Source: Eledone cirrhosa
Taxonomy: Eukaryota
DNA: 64,000 nt
Reading direction: 5' to 3'
Assembly (NCBI GenBank): GCA_964016885.1
Contig: OZ024744.1
Span: forward strand, 3,844,001-3,908,000
Numbering within the stretch: position 1 is the stretch's first letter; every line of letters starts with the position of its first letter. Both the position numbers and the translations under genes were made by a program. This document shows, piece after piece, positions 61,901 through 64,000 of the stretch. The notes under the pieces are model-generated. The model did not search any database, had not been told where the DNA came from, and saw only the letters and a program-made list of their open reading frames with translations.

Positions 61901-64000
61901 TTGGTGAAGAACGAAGTTTTGAGGGAAGACAAGGTAGAGAAAGATGACTTGGTGAAGAACGAAGTTTTGGGGGAAGACAAGGTAGAGAAAGATAGCTTGG
62001 TGAAGAACGAAGTTTTGAGGGAAGACGAGGTAGAGAAAGATAGCTTGGTGAAGAACGACGTTTTGGGGGAAGACAAGGTAGAGAAAGATAGCTTGGTGAA
62101 GAACGAAGTGTTGGGGGAAGACAAGGTAGAGAACGATAGCTTGGTGAAGAACGACGTTTTGAGGGAAGACAAGGTAGAGAAAGATAGCTTGGTGAAGAAC
62201 GAAGTTTTGGGGGAAGACAAGGTAGAGAAAGATAGCTTGGTGAAGAACGAAGTTTTGGGGGAAGACAAGGTAGAGAAAGATAGCTTGGTGAAGAACAAAG
62301 TTTTGAGGGAAGACGAGGTAGAGAAAGATAGCTTGGTGAAGAACGAAGTTTTGGGGGAAGACAAGGTAGAGAAAGATAGCTTGGTGAAGAACGAAGTTTG
62401 GGGGAAGACAAGGTAGAGAAAGATAGCTTGGTGAAGAACGACGTTTTGAGGGAAGACAAGGTCGTGAAAAATAGCTTGGTGAAGAACAAAGTTTTGGGGA
62501 AGACAATGTAGAGAAAGATAGCTTGGTGAAGAACGAAGTTTTGGGGGAAGACAAGGTAGAGAAAGATAGCTTGGTGAAGAACGAAGTTCTGAGGGAAGAC
62601 AAGGTAGAGAAAGATAGCTTGGTGAAGAACGAAGTTTTGGGAGGAGACAAGGTAGAGAAAGATATCTTGGTGAAGAACGAAGTTTTGACGGAAGACAAGG
62701 TAGAGAAAGATAGCTTGGTGAAGAATGACGTTTTGTGGGAAGACAAGGTAGAGAAAGATAGCTTGGTGAAGAACGAAGTTTTGTGTGAAGACAAGCTAGA
62801 GAAAGATAGCTTGGTGAAGAACGAAGTTTTGGGGGAAGACAATGTAGAGAAAGATAGATTGGTGAAGAACAAAGTTTTGAGGGATGACAAGGTAGAGAAA
62901 GATGACTTGGTGAAGAACGAAGTTTTGGGGGAAGACAAGGTAGAGAAAGATAGCTTGGTGAAGAACGAAGTTTTGAGGGAAGACAAGGTAGAGAAAGATA
63001 GCTTGGTGAATAACGAAGTTTTGGGAGAAGACAAGGTAGAGAAAGATAGCTTGGTGAAGAACGAAGTTTTGGGGGAAGACAAGGTAGAGAAAGATAGCTT
63101 GGTGAAGAACGACGTTTTGAGGGAAGACAAGGTAGAGAAAGATAGCTTGGTGAAGAACGACGTTTTGTGGGAAGACAAGGTAGAGAAAGATAGCTTGGTG
63201 AAGAACGAAGTTTTGGGGGAAGACAAGATAGAGAAAGATAGCTTGGCGAAGAACGAAGTTTTGGGGGAAGACAAGGTAGAGAAAGAGAGCTTGGTGAAGA
63301 ACGACGTTTTGATGAAAGACAAGGTAGAGAAAGATAGCTTGGTGAAGAACGAAGTTTTGGGGAAGACAATGTAGAGAAAGATAGCTTGGTGAAGAACGAA
63401 GTTTTCGGGGAAGACAAGGTAGAGAAAGATAGCTTGGTGAAGAACGAAGTTCTGAGGGAAGACAAGGTAGAGAAAGATAGCTTGGTGAAGAACGAAGTTT
63501 TGGGAGAAGACAAGGTAGAGAAAGATATCTTGGTGAAGAAAGAAGTTTTGACGGAAGACAAGGTAGAGAAAGATAGCTTGGTGAAGAATGACGTTTTGTG
63601 GGAAGACAAGGTAGAGAAAGATAGCTTGGTGAAGAACGAAGTTTTGTGTGAAGACAAGGTAGAGAAAGATAGCTTGGTGAAGAACGAAGTTTTGGGGGAA
63701 GACAAGGCAGAGAAAGATAGATTGGTGAAGAATGAAGTTTTGAAGGATGACAAGGTAGAGAAAGATGACTTGGTGAAGAAAGAAGTTTTGGGGGAAGACA
63801 AGGTAGAGAAAGATAGCTTGGTGAAGAACGAAGTTTTGGGGGAAGACAAGGTAGAGAAAGATAGATTGGTGAAGAACAAAGTTTTGAGGGATGACAAGGT
63901 AGAGAAAGATGACTTGGTGAAGAACGAAGTTTTGGGGGAAGACAAGGTAGAGAAAGATAGCTTGGTGAAGAACGAAGTTTTGAGGGAAGACAAGGTAGAG

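Larger units (their letters stand above)
1..64000 (+). repeat. 48-bp tandem satellite array, ~1,330 head-to-tail monomers, running off both window edges
   Basis: The monomer GATAGCTTGGTGAAGAACGAAGTTTTG(G/A)GGGAAGACAAGGTAGAGAAA recurs at 1, 49, 97, 145, 193, 241 and onward to the last base. Most copies differ from consensus by 0-3 substitutions, and a minority are 46, 47 or 49 bp. No non-repeat sequence or orientation switch was seen. The strand given is the purine-rich strand. Confidence 0.99.

Noticed and set aside
7-63374. Dozens of plus-strand ORFs as separate genes or one giant CDS
   Set aside because: Starts are TTG/GTG codons internal to the monomer, and ends are set by indels or stops (16927, 29278, 34117, 36369, 39867, 53489, 55227, 57863). 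There are no unique termini, signal peptides or intergenic sequence.
505-63993. Very long minus-strand ORFs (up to 3579 aa; SSPKTSFFTKLSFSTL, PPKLRSSPSYLSLPCL and PQNFVLHQAIFLYLVF repeats)
   Set aside because: The + consensus lacks TTA, CTA and TCA, so all three reverse frames are stop-free by construction. The ORFs overlap each other and switch between three unrelated peptide repeats at each indel.
1-64000. CRISPR array or another repeat-spacer system
   Set aside because: There are no unique spacers. The variable segment is a few bases drawn from a small recurring set, the repeat is not palindromic, and no cas genes or leader are present.
1-64000. Diversity-generating retroelement or antigenic-variation cassette library
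   Set aside because: There is no reverse transcriptase, recombinase or expression locus in the window. Variation is not adenine-specific and is inherited in blocks by duplication.
1-64000. Canonical G-quadruplex array or true telomeric tract
   Set aside because: There is only one run of 3 or more G per monomer, about 43 nt apart, and telomere-like motifs are never tandem.
1-64000. Synthetic construct or pure sequencing artefact (BbsI site GAAGAC in nearly every monomer)
   Set aside because: Hierarchically shared substitutions and indels with spatial zoning indicate natural descent. The copy number of individual blocks could still be misassembled.

Overview
The whole 64-kb window is one uninterrupted, single-orientation tandem array of a 48-bp monomer (about 1,330 copies). 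The consensus is GATAGCTTGGTGAAGAACGAAGTTTTGGGGGAAGACAAGGTAGAGAAA (18 A, 18 G, 9 T, 3 C; 44% GC; 75% purine on +). I found no unique sequence, inversion, transposon insertion, RNA gene or credible intact protein-coding gene. The long ORFs follow from the monomer itself: 48 is divisible by 3, and the consensus is stop-free in one + frame (DSLVKNEVLGEDKVEK)n and all three - frames. The + frame is broken every ~0.4-2 kb by recurrent 1-2 bp indels and several in-frame stops. The informative signal is in the monomer variants. They occur in a fixed order forming an irregular ~18-20-monomer higher-order repeat. They reveal nested kb-scale tandem duplications (periods 1341, 1774, 2255, 2636/2684, 3498, 5035, 5750/7091 bp). 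They are also spatially zoned, with both ends of the window sharing variants absent from the middle. This is most consistent with eukaryotic satellite DNA (possibly centromeric or subtelomeric, possibly derived from a coding repeat). Organism and family cannot be identified from sequence alone. Counts and breakpoints were read by eye and are approximate.
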